DNA of 64,000 nucleotides from Folioceros fuciformis. Lineage: Eukaryota. Both the position numbers and the translations under genes were made by a program. The notes under the pieces were generated by a model. The model searched no databases, was not told the origin of the DNA, and saw nothing but the letters and a program-made list of their open reading frames with translations. The DNA lies in assembly GCA_049999805.1 (NCBI GenBank), contig JBNGIO010006380.1:552735-616734 (forward strand). The letters are read 5' to 3'. This document shows positions 12,968 to 25,266 of the stretch, in pieces. The stretch's first letter is position 1, and each line of letters starts with the position of its first letter.

Positions 12968-14124
12968 ATGGCAGACAAGGAATGTTATGGGAAGGTCGCT
13001 GCTCTCCTTGTAGAAGTTAGAGGCATTGTCCGGAGAGCTATGGTTGAGCTGCTGATGAATCCCGGCAGTTCTGGTTACTCTTGGAAGGTTTGAGGAGTCG
13101 CAAGAAGAATCCAACCCAGCTGGTTGAAGCAAATCATCGCAGGAGGTTCGACGTCCGGGAACGTAGGTTAATGAAACACCGTCTTCCAGTGTGTGCTGTG
13201 CGATCTGTTGGATCGTGAGGACACCCTGGCCAAACTCGGTCTTCTGAAGGATGTCACGCGTCTGTTCTGGATGACCTGGGTGAAAGCTGGTTCAGCGAAA
13301 GAGGAGAACGTGGAGGCTAACAGTGGAATGTATGAGAATGCTTTGGATGCCGTTGTCAGGGGAGACAGGCCTCTGGAACACATTGCAGTGACGACAGGCG
13401 GGAAATAATACCTCGGCTCTTTCAGCGGTATAGGCAAGATCACCGTGCCTGACGATCTCTTCAGGGAAGACGCACCTCGCAAACCGGGTCCGAATGCCTG
13501 CCACAGTATCATGGACAAGACGCTGGATGCAGTGAAAAGTAGTTACGGCAAGGTGACGCGGTCTGATCATCGAGCTACAGGCGTCTGGGGTTTCGCTCCA
13601 CGCAACCAGATGAAGGTTGTGGGAACCATAGCCACGTACGCGCTTATCTGCAAGGAGGAAAAGCTGCCGTTTGTGATCCCCGGGAGCCGGGTGTGCTGGG
13701 AAGGGCTGTGTGATTGCTCTGACTCCGGGTTGATTGCTGAGGAGCAGCTGTGGGCGCCCACCAGGCCGGCGGGGAAGAACCGATACTAATGGTGACGTGG
13801 TTACCTGGAAGCTGATATGGCATGCAGTTGCTGAGAGGTTTGGATTGGATGTTCCTGAGAACAGGCAGGTAGGCTACAGTATGGTGGAGCTGATGAAGTG
13901 CAAAGATAGCACCTGGGATGCGATTGTGTAGAAGCATGGATTGGAGAAAACCAAGGTTGATGAAGATGGACACGGGTGGTTCATGGACACCTTCATAAAT
14001 GTGCCTTTCGAGATTGTCCTCAGTATGAACAAGAGTTGGAGGCTGCGTTTTCTGGGCTGGAGAGAGCTTAGATAGCTTGCGGACCACAGTGGATGAGGTG
14101 AAAAGGGACAGAGTCATCCCCTAG
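12968..14124 (+). pseudogene. VEP1/PRISE (progesterone 5-beta-reductase/iridoid synthase-like SDR) pseudogene
   Basis: Family-like segments VAALLVEVRGIV, SWKV*GVARR, CDLLDREDTLAKL, DVTRLFWMTW, LEHIAVTTGGK*YLG, FREDAPR, NGDVVTWKLIW and VDEVKRDRVIP*. In-frame stops (13091-13093, 13406-13408 and others) and frameshifts disrupt it. Confidence 0.88.
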
Positions 14125-15811
14125 TTTTCTTTCCACACGTGGAAGCATACAAGAGAATTCATGTATGGGGTTGGAACTCTTGCTCATAATTTGCAGACAA
14201 GGTCGTCAGCCAGGCAAAAGGAATCTAGTCTTCTTAAGGTTTATTTGGCTGATCAATCTATGAACTAACGACCTCGAATCATGGAAGACATGGATCGACT
14301 GAAGGAACAAATGAAAGAGATGGGATTGTAGTAACTCATTCCTGATTGCCTGAGTGGTAGCTTGCATGTCAAGCAGCAGGACGAATCCAGGAGTCAACAG
14401 CAACAGACACATTTGGCATAAGGTCCGGCATTTGGTTCATGCCTCATGCAAACTAATATGTACAAGTCCTGCCTTTGAACGGTGGCAATGCCTTCTGGAA
14501 GCTGGAAACTCACCTATGGAAGGAAGTCATCTGGCAATTTGTTTTCTGGCGGATCTGCCATGCAATTTGAATCCAAAGCGTTAGACAACGAGTATTCAGT
14601 ATTGAATTATTCAGGCCGTTGAACAAGGTGGGAAGGTGAGACCAGAAAGTCATCACCTACAGCTCCTTCCACCGCTAAGGGCTTGAGATGGACTTACACA
14701 TCTGATGCATAAGTGGATGTACCAAGTTTTTCGATTTGGAGAAGTCTCGTCTTTCTGCTTCCTCACTCTGTTGTTTTGTGTTATTGTCTTTTATGCAATC
14801 TCATCATAGGAAGGAGTGGAGACTTTGACTATCAGGAAGAGAGAGAAAGAGTACCTACCCTCAACTGAGGCGAACAACCCACTAAAGGGAGGCCAAGAAC
14901 CAGACAAGGATAGGCCGCCGATGCCAATTCCGAAACCCAGATGACTGGGAGCTGTGTCACAGCACATACTTTTTGGAAGGGTAGGAGGGACGACAAGGAT
15001 GGTTACACAACAATACGAGTTAGCTCCTTGTGACATGGCAATGTCGCTCCATTGGCAAAATCGCCTGGGAATTTGGAGGGCCTTCAGGTGTATGTGCCTA
15101 CTACAGGCATGAGCAGGCCTGTGGAAGCATGAGCACAGCAGTTTCCAAACATTGCATCTTGAGGCAAACGAGTTTAATCTTGAGAAGACACAGGCAGGAA
15201 AGCTTGAAACGACCAGGGGCAATGCACACGCAGGTGCTGTTGCGCAGTGGTGTGCTGTGGGGGATGGTGAGGTTCTGTAGACCCAACTATGTTGTCAGTT
15301 TACATCTACAATTGGCTAGGCTCCTGGACATCAGCAGTTCTGTATAAGGAACGCAGTATTGTGCAGGAAAACAAAGCAGGATTCAAATACACCTCAGAAC
15401 AGGAACCACAGCCTAGAGGTCGTGTCAGAAAAACAATTCAAAAGATCTTTTGGTTAATGATCTATAACTCTGTAGATATATTGTTGAATATAGAACATAA
15501 ATAGTATGTTTTAATAGCCAAACAAAATACAAACCCATGGGTAAAGAAACAAGTACATAGTGACTAGGAGGAAAAATAGTTCATACAAACTAAAAGCTAA
15601 GTGAACAATATTATTGAATAACTTATCAACCTAAGTACTCTTCACTTAACTATAAATACATACAAGAGAAGAACTTGGTGTGTCCTAAAGATTCCAAGAA
15701 CAAGAATCTTAAATTATTAATTTCTTTTTTACCTTTTCCTGAACAAAGAACACAATGAGCTATGTGTAATTTACATCAAGGAATTGGATCCTCTTGATAA
15801 TGGGATGACCA

Positions 15812-16906
15812 TTAAGTACACTCAGGTAAGGAGCCTTGAGGATATCTTTTAATATCCTTACAATAATCGTATATCATATAATTGAGTCTCACCCAACTCA
15901 AAGCACGCACTTGTTGATTACTTAGGGATGACAATAAGGGATGGTTTTCAAGAAACACATTGGATGGATTAGAGGAATAACACACAGGTTCCATACCAAT
16001 CGAGTCTCCAAGAATGCAACCACTTATGATAATATTTGTATAGATAGCAGTGAAAGGAGCAAATGTGTAATTTACTTTATACTGCCCACCATCAGTGGCC
16101 CATGAGGAGGCATCCCAAATGGTAGCATATATTGACATAGGTTTAACTGGATATTGCTTGTCTAATCCTTTAACATTTTGATATTCTCGAATGGGAATTT
16201 CATCCACAAAAAACCTGCATACAAAGTATGGAAGTTCAGAACTGCTAATCTTCTAATGTTAGTATGTAGAGCTTGAAGATCTCTTTTGAGAAATGTAGCT
16301 TACACTATATGAGAAGGGGTCCATAGAATAGCATAGCGATGGAAATCCAATGTTGGATCAAACCATAATCGAAACCGCTGTTCTCTCCCAATTTGGGTGC
16401 TTCCATCACCATAGATATTGGTTTGTATGACATACTGCTCTCCAGGGATAGTTCCCAAGAATTCGAGGTCCAATTCATCATGTTTGGTTCCATAGACTTC
16501 GTTGTTTGATGCCTGCAATGAGAACAAGAAAGTAGTGTAACTTCAAAGCTTTGTGCACAAATCTATGTGAATTGAATATGGTTCTTACATAGAAAGTTGT
16601 CACCACACCAGCTGTATAGTTTGCAGGTAGCTTGATTGAGGCACTGAAGTAGCCATGTAGAAAGGCATTTTTGGACTTGATACCACTTCCAGAGTGTAGG
16701 TCCAAAGTCAGCTTTATTTGTGATGCATCTTTAGAGACTTCTTGATGATCTGATGCCCATATGTTTGAAAACTCCTTGTCAAAGGTTGAAGGTTGGAAAA
16801 GATCAGAAACTATGACTCCAGGAAATGGAGGAACTTCAAAGAGTGCATGAATGAGCAAGAGATGTAAGCTTAGACTCATAAGCATGCACCAAATCTTCCA
16901 AGACAT
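15812..16906 (-). CDS. XTH: Xyloglucan endotransglucosylase/hydrolase (GH16), group III-like
   Basis: Exons 16906-16589, 16512-16304 and 16214-15812. Signal peptide, [14 protein letters not shown], catalytic [40 protein letters not shown] and [11 protein letters not shown]...PECT*. Confidence 0.94.
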
Positions 16907-17196
16907 AACTTATAATTGATTTTCAACTGCTCAAAATCCCAGCTTAGGACTAGCTAGTTATGCACCTAGAGTAGAGTAGAGCTATGGTGTTGGACTTGGA
17001 CAATGAGACTAGTATCACTCTTTGCCAACACTATAACTACCTTTGGTTTGCTATTGGCATTAGCTGGCAGAGGACCGTTGTCCACCTACCGAATAGATAT
17101 TGATATTAGTAAGGACAAAGAAGAAAGTATAACCAACTAGTGCAGGTGGCACATGAAGTAAGAAAATCATGTCTTTTGCTGCCAGTTTAGCATGCC

Positions 17197-17808
17197 ATGG
17201 AGGTTCTTGAGACCGTGCATGAAGGAGAAGATAACACGGATTCCAAACCTGAGACCAAGGTATAGAAAATTTGAAGTGCAAGTGATGCAGTAAGTAGCAT
17301 GTTAGCAACTAGGTTTGTCAATTCTTGTACTTTGCAATGTCTTGAATCCTAAAGTCAAGAAACGCTTTAGATTATTCTTTCTAGCTACTTGGAGTATGCA
17401 CCCAAGTACAAGTTCCTTCCTGGCAAGGCCAAGGAGATAATTGCCGAGGCCATGAGAGAAAAACTGAAAGGAGCTGAGTATGATCCAGATCAAGCACCTA
17501 CTTGGGCTCGTGAAATTAGTGATTCGGTCAAACAACGTGTGAAGAAAGGTGCCTTCTGAGTTTGGGAGATGGGTTCTTTTTTTTCTGCAACCTTGGTAGA
17601 TTGAATTGACGGAGTGTTGAATGCAGAAATGCAACTTGAGAGATACAAAGTGATAGTCCAAGCTTGCATTGGGGAACAACGTGGCCAAGGATTTCAGATG
17701 ACATGTCGCTGCTTCTGGGATCCTCGCACTGATGATTTTGCAGAGGAGACGTATGTGAATGATAGTCTGTTTTGCGTGACGGTAGCATTTGCAATTTATT
17801 TGAGTTAA
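17197..17808 (+). CDS. TCTEX1D2: Tctex-type dynein light chain, TCTEX1D2/DYNLT2B-like
   Basis: Exons 17197-17259, 17371-17548 and 17627-17808 encode KFLPGKAKEIIAEAMREKLKGAEYDPDQAPTWAREISDSVKQRVKKEMQLERYKVIVQACIGEQRGQGFQMTCRCFWDPRTDDFAEETYVNDSLFCVTVAFAIYLS*. The RYK..VQ..IGEQRG and RCFWD..TD...NDSLFC signatures are typical of this subfamily. Confidence 0.88.
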
Positions 17809-18752
17809 CACCAGTGCCAAGCGTGCCTGTGCCTACCATGTTGAAATGCTGAGCTCTTTGGAATCCTCGAGGAGGTAGAAGAAAGACACTTCGTCTAGGA
17901 TTGTTTGCTTTGCTTCAATTCATGCAAGCAAGCAAGGAGGGATGCTTGGGAAGTGGAGGAAGAGAGAGGAGTGAAAGCCGGTGTGGGCAAGAGATGGATG
18001 GCATAGCGGTGAGCTGCTGAACGGCCTGGTGGATTGCATGTGCGGATGCGTGGGGAGGGTAGATTGTTGAGACTCACGAGACATAGCAGCCGACAACCGG
18101 AAGAGGCTGGGCGATCACGACGAGGTGGTGGGTGTTGTAGGGACGGTGTGAAGTGAGGAGGAAGGAAGAAGGAAAAACTGGAAGAACGTGAAGTGGGAAT
18201 GGAAAGAATGGAGGAGGAGGAGGAGAAGAGACGGAAGGGTGAAAGAGACGTGCGGGTCGTGACGGCGCCGGCGGCAAGAAAGGCCAGTCCTGGCCTACAT
18301 GGCGCCGAGAGCGACGGGTCACGACGCCATCTCACTGCCACGCTGGCGACGGTGAGGTGGAATTGTGCTGCTTGGTGTTGCTGCCCGCGTCTCCTTCGCT
18401 TCTCTCGTCCTCGTTCTCGTCCTCGGCTGCGTCTTCGTCCGGCCGACCGAGGCCCATGCGTGTAGGCAGATCTCCGCCACCTCCAGTTTTTCACGCATCC
18501 AAAGTGTGTGAGCGAGCGAGCGAGCCCAGCGCAGGCGGAGCCAGGGAGAAGCAGCCATCGCCGGGAGGGGAGGAAGGGATTGGGAGAGCGGAGAGCAGGG
18601 AATCGGAATCAGGATCTGCCCGGCCCGCAATTGGGCTCCATGAGGGGCCGGGCCTGCCCCCGGCGGCTTGCTAATCGGGTGCACATGGCTGGGGCGGAAC
18701 CGATCTGACTCACGCCTGCCCGCAGCCGTGGTTGGTGTCGTGGGTGGGTGCC

Positions 18753-20325
18753 ATGGCCGCGGCGCTGTCGCTGTCGCTGGGGCTCGGGGTGCAGGGGGAG
18801 CGGGTGCGCCTCCCTCACGTGACCCAGGCACGTGACGGCTTGAGGAGGCACGTGATGCCTGGTGCCCCTGCTGCAGGAGGTCGAGGGCTGTGCGAGTTGA
18901 GGTTCCGGAGGAGGGCCGCCGGGGAGCACGAGCAGGAGCGCGGAATTGGGGGGCCTGAAGCTCAGCCTGGTAGGGTGAAGCTCGCGCAGGGCGGCATTCC
19001 GCTTTCCAGGTTTCTGGCTTTCGATAGCTGCTTCTTTCGTCTCGTGGGGCTGGGGCTTGTTCACGTGAGTGAGAATAATGGGTTGCTGGCGAGGAGGCTG
19101 GGCTCGGGAGAGGTCATGGACGTGCTTGTTCATCCAGGGAGATTTGGTTTCCAGAGGCATGTAAGGGCTTGGAAGAAGGGCTTCGGCTCTGGCCTCGGCC
19201 GGGCTTTGGTGTGGAACCGGGGTGTCACTGCTGGTGGTGGTGAGGCAGGATACAATGGCTCCGGTGAGTGTTGTGTGATGGATAGATGGATGGACGGATG
19301 GAAGGAATGGTTTGATTTGCTTGCTTGCTTGTTTGTGGAGGTTGGAGGTTGATTGTGTTTGTGTGTGTGTGCGTGTGTGTGTTGGGGTTGGGGATGCAGA
19401 TTGGAGTCATGTGTGTGAGGCTTCCAAGAAAGGGAACAATAACCCGCAGTCTACACCACCTGAGGAGGACTCGGACCCAAAGAGGAAGCAAGGAGATGGG
19501 CAGCAGAGTGATGATGCCTCCAGGTCGTCCTTCCCCAGGCCGCCCATGGTGCCCGAGACGGACTGGAGGCTTGTTCGTGCTCGTCTCGTTGCTGGAGAGC
19601 AGGCTCCCACGGGGAGCGGGAATGGAGGAGATGCAGCAGGGGACCTCAAGGCGGCTGCGGCGGCGGCTGCTGCTGCTGCGGACTCTGCTCCTGCCTCTGG
19701 AGGACATGCTTTTTACCCTGCTGTGGGGAAGAGGTGGGCTCACCCTATCCTGGCCCCCGAGGCGGGGGCTGTGCTCATAGCCTCCGAGAAGTTGGACGGG
19801 ATGCCGAATTTCGAACGGAGTGTGGTCCTGCTGCTCAACGGGGGACCCGTGTGGAGCAAGGTGGCACCGTATGGGATTATTCTGAACCAGCCCCTGCCGC
19901 GGAGAATCAAGCATGTGAAGCCAAAGGACCAGGCTCTAGTGAAGACGTTCGGTGCCTGCCAGGTGCATGTGGGAGGGCCCCTCGAAACCAACAAGTTCCT
20001 CCTCTTGCATGCTACTCCGGGGGTGAAGAATTTCCGGGAGGTCATCCCTGGTGTCTACTGCGGATCCTCGGAGGGCCTAGAGCCCGCAGCCGAGATGGCT
20101 AGGGCTAAGAATGCGCTCCCTCAGGACCTCAGGTTCTTTTTCGGGTACACTGGCTGGGGTACCGACCAGCTGAAGAAGGAGATCGCATTGGGGCTGTGGC
20201 ATGTGGCTGCCTGTAGCACGGACCTCATAACGGGGATCTCCAATGCAGGGCTGTGGGAGGAGATCCTGCTCCTGATGGGGGGAAAGTATGCGGAGCTCAG
20301 CAAGAGACCCAGGAGAAAGCTCTAA
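18753..20325 (+). CDS. DUF179 (AlgH/YqgE, UPF0301) family protein with probable organellar transit peptide
   Basis: Exon 1 18753-19263 joins exon 2 19400-20325 in phase. Motifs DWRLVRARLVAGE, WAHPILAPEAGAVLIASEKL, FERSVVLLL, GIILNQP, GGPLE and LRFFFGYTGWGTDQLKKEIALGLW. Confidence 0.88.
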
Positions 20326-21377
20326 GTCTGTGCCACACCCTCTTGTCACATCCTGTGGCAGGCAGTACATGAGAGGGACGACTGGAGTTCTCACATCACC
20401 TTGGCCATGACATGCCAGGCAACCACAAACAGAACCCGAGAGGAAGTAAGGCACTCGCAACTGACATCATCTTTCACAACCAGAGCGACATGGCTTTCCT
20501 CCCAGTCCCTGGCCTGGCCACATGCCGAGGAGCGTGGACCTTATGCCCGCTTCACAGACACTCCGTCCCAGAGGAACCGGGGGCATTTTTTGCACCCAAG
20601 TATCACAGACCAGCCATTGCTGTCACAGTGCATTGGTACAAGCACGGTTGCTGTGGCATTCGGACATCGCAAGCAACTTGCTCCTCTGCTGCGCATATAC
20701 GCCGATTCTTTCCCGGATTTCCTTGCACCTGCCGCGGGATGCTCGCCTGTCGTTCTTCTTGACTGCTGTGATTACAGCCTGTGATGGGCTTTCCGGGGGC
20801 TCGCAAACCGGCGTGACGCCGTCTCAACCCGCTGGGAGGGTGGTATCGCCCGCTTGTGCCACCTGATTACCATAAGACGTTTGCGTTTCGCCGTTCCTCT
20901 GTGTGAGCCCGGCCTTGGGACTGCAGCTAGAAACTGTTGCTCCTCGCAGTCCCAGCGAGCAGCAGAGCGTGCTTTGCCTCTGGGCGGGGAGGCGGAGTCA
21001 GAGTTGAGTGGACTCGATTCCATCGTTGCAGCAGCGGCGGGTGGCGAGTGCTCGCGGATTGCTTTTTGTACGCCATTGGGAACGCTTATTGAAGCGTGGG
21101 AAATGGCGCTTGTTATGTGGTCCCTGACACTGAGAGTTATGCAATTGTGAGGCCGTCACTGTTATCTGCAGCGTCTCCGAAGACGTACGGCGGTGTAGCA
21201 GAGCGCCGTGTTTGGAGAATTCGCGCTGTTAAGAGCGATTGCCTTGCCTGCAGGGAGCAGGAGTAGTGTAGGAAGTCATTCTCGAAAGCTCTGGTGCGAC
21301 AGCGCAGTGTCAATCGGTCGGCGAGCGCGGAGCTAGAGCCTGCGGTTTTGTGCGTGTGAACTTGGAGTGCTGGAAAA

Positions 21378-22976
21378 ATGGGAGGAAGGTGTGTTGTGAA
21401 GTTTTTGTGTAGTTTCCTCCTTCATTATGTGTTGTTTGCGAGTGTGTAACCAAGAGAGCAATGGATTGCGTGTTTGTTGTGAATCTTGACCCGTGGATTT
21501 GTGCGCTGATCGTCCTTGCTGTCCGCTCTCCGCGGCTGGAATGTGGTGTGTCTCCAGGGAAGAGAACGACGCACGTGCATCGCTGATAGAGAACAGACAA
21601 GATGCCTCGGGCGGAATCCCGGACAGGTTAGGTTTGTTTCTGTTCAGATCTCACCTCAGGCTGGTGTGTTTGCATGCTCCCTGTTCGCTGCGGCGTCTGA
21701 TGGATCTTGCCGTCGATGCAGAGACGAGGATAATGAAACTGCCGGTTTGCCACCATGGACTTGTCGCTTGGCCGCAGACCATGAGGAAGTGGACAGGTCG
21801 GTGGCTACCGCCAGGCTAAGCAAGGCGGTGATATTCTGTCTGGTATTCATGGCTGTGGAGGTAGCTGGAGGTGTGTGGGCCAACAGCTTGGCGATTCTAA
21901 CTGACGCGGCACATATGCTCTCCGATGTTGCTAGCTTTGCGATCTCGCTGTTTGCACTCTGGGCAGCAAGCTGGGACGCAACACCACGTCGTTCCTATGG
22001 TTTTCACAGGCTTGAGATCCTGGGAGCGCTGCTTTCTATACAGATTATTTGGCTGATAACAGGCATACTGGTGTATGAAGCTATTGAGAGGCTCATCCAC
22101 GAGACCCAGCCTGTGGATGGCAAGCTCATGTGTTTCATTGCAGCTCTGGGGTTGGTGGTGAATCTCGCTATGATCTTCCTGCTTGGGCATGGCCATGAGC
22201 ATGGTACCGAAGGAGCTCATTCGCATGGATTTCGCCACAGCCATGCTGTTGGTCATGGTCATGACCATAACCATGTGCATGACCATAACCATGTGCATGA
22301 CCATGCCCACACCCATGCCCATACCCATGATGGGCATGATGTTGAAAGCCATCATGATCAACATGAACAGTTCTCTGCTGACGACCCTGCCAGACCTGTT
22401 GCTCTGGGTCTGCAAGAGGGTGGCCGCTCGGTTCAAGGCACATGCATTGCTTATGCTATAAAAGATGGCAAGCGGACTTGCCAGACCATTAAAGTTGATC
22501 AGGATGTTGCACACGAGGGTGCAGTGTCATCCGGCAATATCAATGTGCGAGGTGCTTACTTGCATGTGCTGGGGGATTTAATCCAAAGCATTGGAGTTCT
22601 AATAGCAGGTGTTGTCATCTGGTATAGACCTGATTGGCAAATTGTAGATCCTGTGTGTACCCTTCTCTTCGCCGTGCTGGTTTTGTTCACAACCATCAGG
22701 ATACTGAGGGACATTTTAGATGTATTGATGGAAAACACCCCACGTGAGATTGATGCACAGAAGTTGGAGGTTGGTCTTTCAAGTATTCAAGATGTAGTTG
22801 CCGTACATGAGTTGCATATCTGGGCCATCACTGTGGGCAAGACTCTTCTCGCCTGCCACGTTACCATCCAACCTGGAGCAGATTACTCTAAGGTTCTGGA
22901 GGATGTTATTGCATATTGTCGGACAGAATTCCAGATTGGCCACGTTACGGTCCAGATTGAGGTGGTCAGAGACTAG
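21378..22976 (+). CDS. MTP1: Metal tolerance protein, MTP1-like Zn cation-diffusion facilitator
   Basis: Proposed exons 21378-21388, 21558-21626 and 21722-22976 (start inferred from splice phases). SLAILTDAAHMLSDVA, His-rich loop, NVRGAYLHVLGDLIQSIG, VHELHIWAITVGK and HVTVQIE. Confidence 0.92.
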
Positions 22977-23023
22977 GAGGAAGGCAGCAGGGGCCCTTGC
23001 ACTGTTAAATCTGACGGGACATC

Positions 23024-23201
23024 TGGCTGCAACGTTTTGATGGGACGATGGTGCACTTGTGCTGGCTGCGAGGTTCTGATGGGACGATGGTGTATCCATG
23101 CTGGCTGCAACGTTCTGATGGTACGATGACACCGTGTATTCATGCTGGCTGCAACGTTCTGATGGGACGATGACATCGTGTATTCATGCTGGCTGCAACG
23201 C
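23024..23201. repeat. About 40-bp tandem repeat (4-5 copies) just 3' of MTP1
   Basis: Unit gctggctgcaacgttctgatgggacgatg(g/a)...tattcat repeated. Confidence 0.88.
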
Positions 23202-25266
23202 TCTTAACCTTAAGAAGATGACAGTGGATCCGCTTTGCTGGATTTCACAATGGAGATGTTTTATTTCCGAGATGTTTAAGTCGTTCATATCCCGAGAGCC
23301 TCAAGTGTTAGGAGACGACATCAAAATTTGTGCTATGCCACGCTTGATGAATTCAAAGTCGATGCATGCATGTGCTCTTTAAGGGTCTACCGGCTTGGCT
23401 TTTTACCAGATACCCAGCTCTCCACGATAAGTTTGTGCGTCCCCTTGGACCTCACTTTTTGTGCTAGCTATGCCACATGTCGCATTCACTGGAAGGAATA
23501 TCTTGGGACATGTCTTTCTCCTTGCGTGAATACACACTTTGATTGAAAGCACGACCCGAATGTCTGAATAAACTCAAGATTCGTTGCTGTCCGAAATTTA
23601 TTTAACGTCTTGATTTCGAAGGTCGAAAGGTCCACCGGTTTACAGTTCAACGGACGTGGCACTTCCCATAACATTCGCCCACGTAACATTTCTCGTTTCA
23701 CTTGACAAGTGGCTGCTGTTTTCATCCCTCCTTGTGAAGATCCAATCCTCCCACTCAGCTACATGTTATTTCCTTTCTGAAAATAAGATTCCCCGTCAAA
23801 TTTCACCGCGCACAACATCAGGGATACTCCTTGGCACGCTTCCTTTTCCTTTACGTAATATTTGCGCACCATTCCCCAGCTCTGTGATGAAGAGATTGCA
23901 CTATGCTATGAGCATCTTCTTCTTCCCGCTCGGACAAGAGGCACTTGTTGTGTATGGTCCATACAAGTCCAGCAGGAAGCGCTGATTTTAGACAGCCATG
24001 TTACTTTAGCTTGCCTGCAAACACCTTTGTACTCACTGGTGCATTACAGAAGGGCAACTCGTTGCAGTTGCACTCACGGACTGTCCAAAGAGGACTGCTG
24101 GACTGCTGGACTGCAGGATAACGTAGTGGTGGGAACCTATCCTGTGGCTTATGTACGTAAAAGTGTACTGGAAGATGCACGCCAGATTTTGGACAGTTTG
24201 GCCGCAAAGTGGAATCTGACTCACAAATCTCGAGTAAGCACTGACTCCAACATACAGTTTCTCTGCCCCCGTTAACCGAATTCCCAACTTTTGCCGATCA
24301 CGCACCAGCATGTTCCACTCGGCAGCATGCACAAATCAGCCATCTAACCTTGCACCAGAGAGCCGAACTTTTCCAATGGGGTCCAAGTCCTTGATGAAAC
24401 CTAACCAAGGACCAACATAAAAAAAATGGTGCGATGCCACCCGGTGAAGCACCCAGAATGCGCCTGCATGAAAGTACCAGGACAAGGGCACGATGGAGCT
24501 CCTTTTGGATATTAGATTCTAGAGCTGCATTTCCCTGGTCCGTACCTACATGTACTGTCGTAGACAATACCTTCTGCCCCAGCCTCATCCATCTCTTGCA
24601 TATCTGACGATGTGCAGGGTGTGGTGCGCTCAGCAAAATCAACCTTTGACATTTTGTGCTTAGGGTTTCAACCAAGTTTGGCCAAGGCTGGTGCAACCGT
24701 TCAATGCAGAGAACCTCGATGAGACTAGAGTCTTGTCTCGCCACGATGAACCACATTTCATACTACGCTGGATGCGCGTTGCTGCGGGCACCTCGATCCT
24801 CTTCGCCCACGCCACCTTTGCCATTCACCGGCTGTCCTGTGTCCAACCTTGAAAGATCTGTTTGTGGGATTCGTCCTCAATCCTCAAACTAAACCAGCGC
24901 GCGGCAGAGCATTGTCAAAAGACCTGAAATACCAGCTGAACCCTCAACGCCCGTGTCAGATTCGAATGCATCAGCATTCGACTGACTATGCACGTAGCCA
25001 ACAAGGTCGTACTTGCCTATTGACGTCTCCATCGAACATTGTTGGTCCGGCAGTTTAAGTGCCATCGTTACTAGACTTCGTGGCTGTCCCTTCGACTCTG
25101 GTGCCATTTATTCCCGATCCGAATGTGACCTCATACAGCCTCGGTTGGCAAAGAGTGCTCAACCGCCTTGGGGCAGAGGTGCGGTCATCATTGGGGTGCG
25201 CGTCCGTCCATCGACTGTTCTGCGCTCGTGACTTCGGCGTCACAAACAAACTTCTTCCTCTTGCCC

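Noticed and set aside
14150-15350. Possible hAT/zf-BED or other gene remnant (WQCRSIG...EFGGPSG)
   Set aside because: The similarity is too weak and fragmentary to support a call.
20401-21150. Overlapping ORFs between DUF179 and MTP1
   Set aside because: GC-rich UTR or promoter sequence with no recognisable domain or consistent exon structure.
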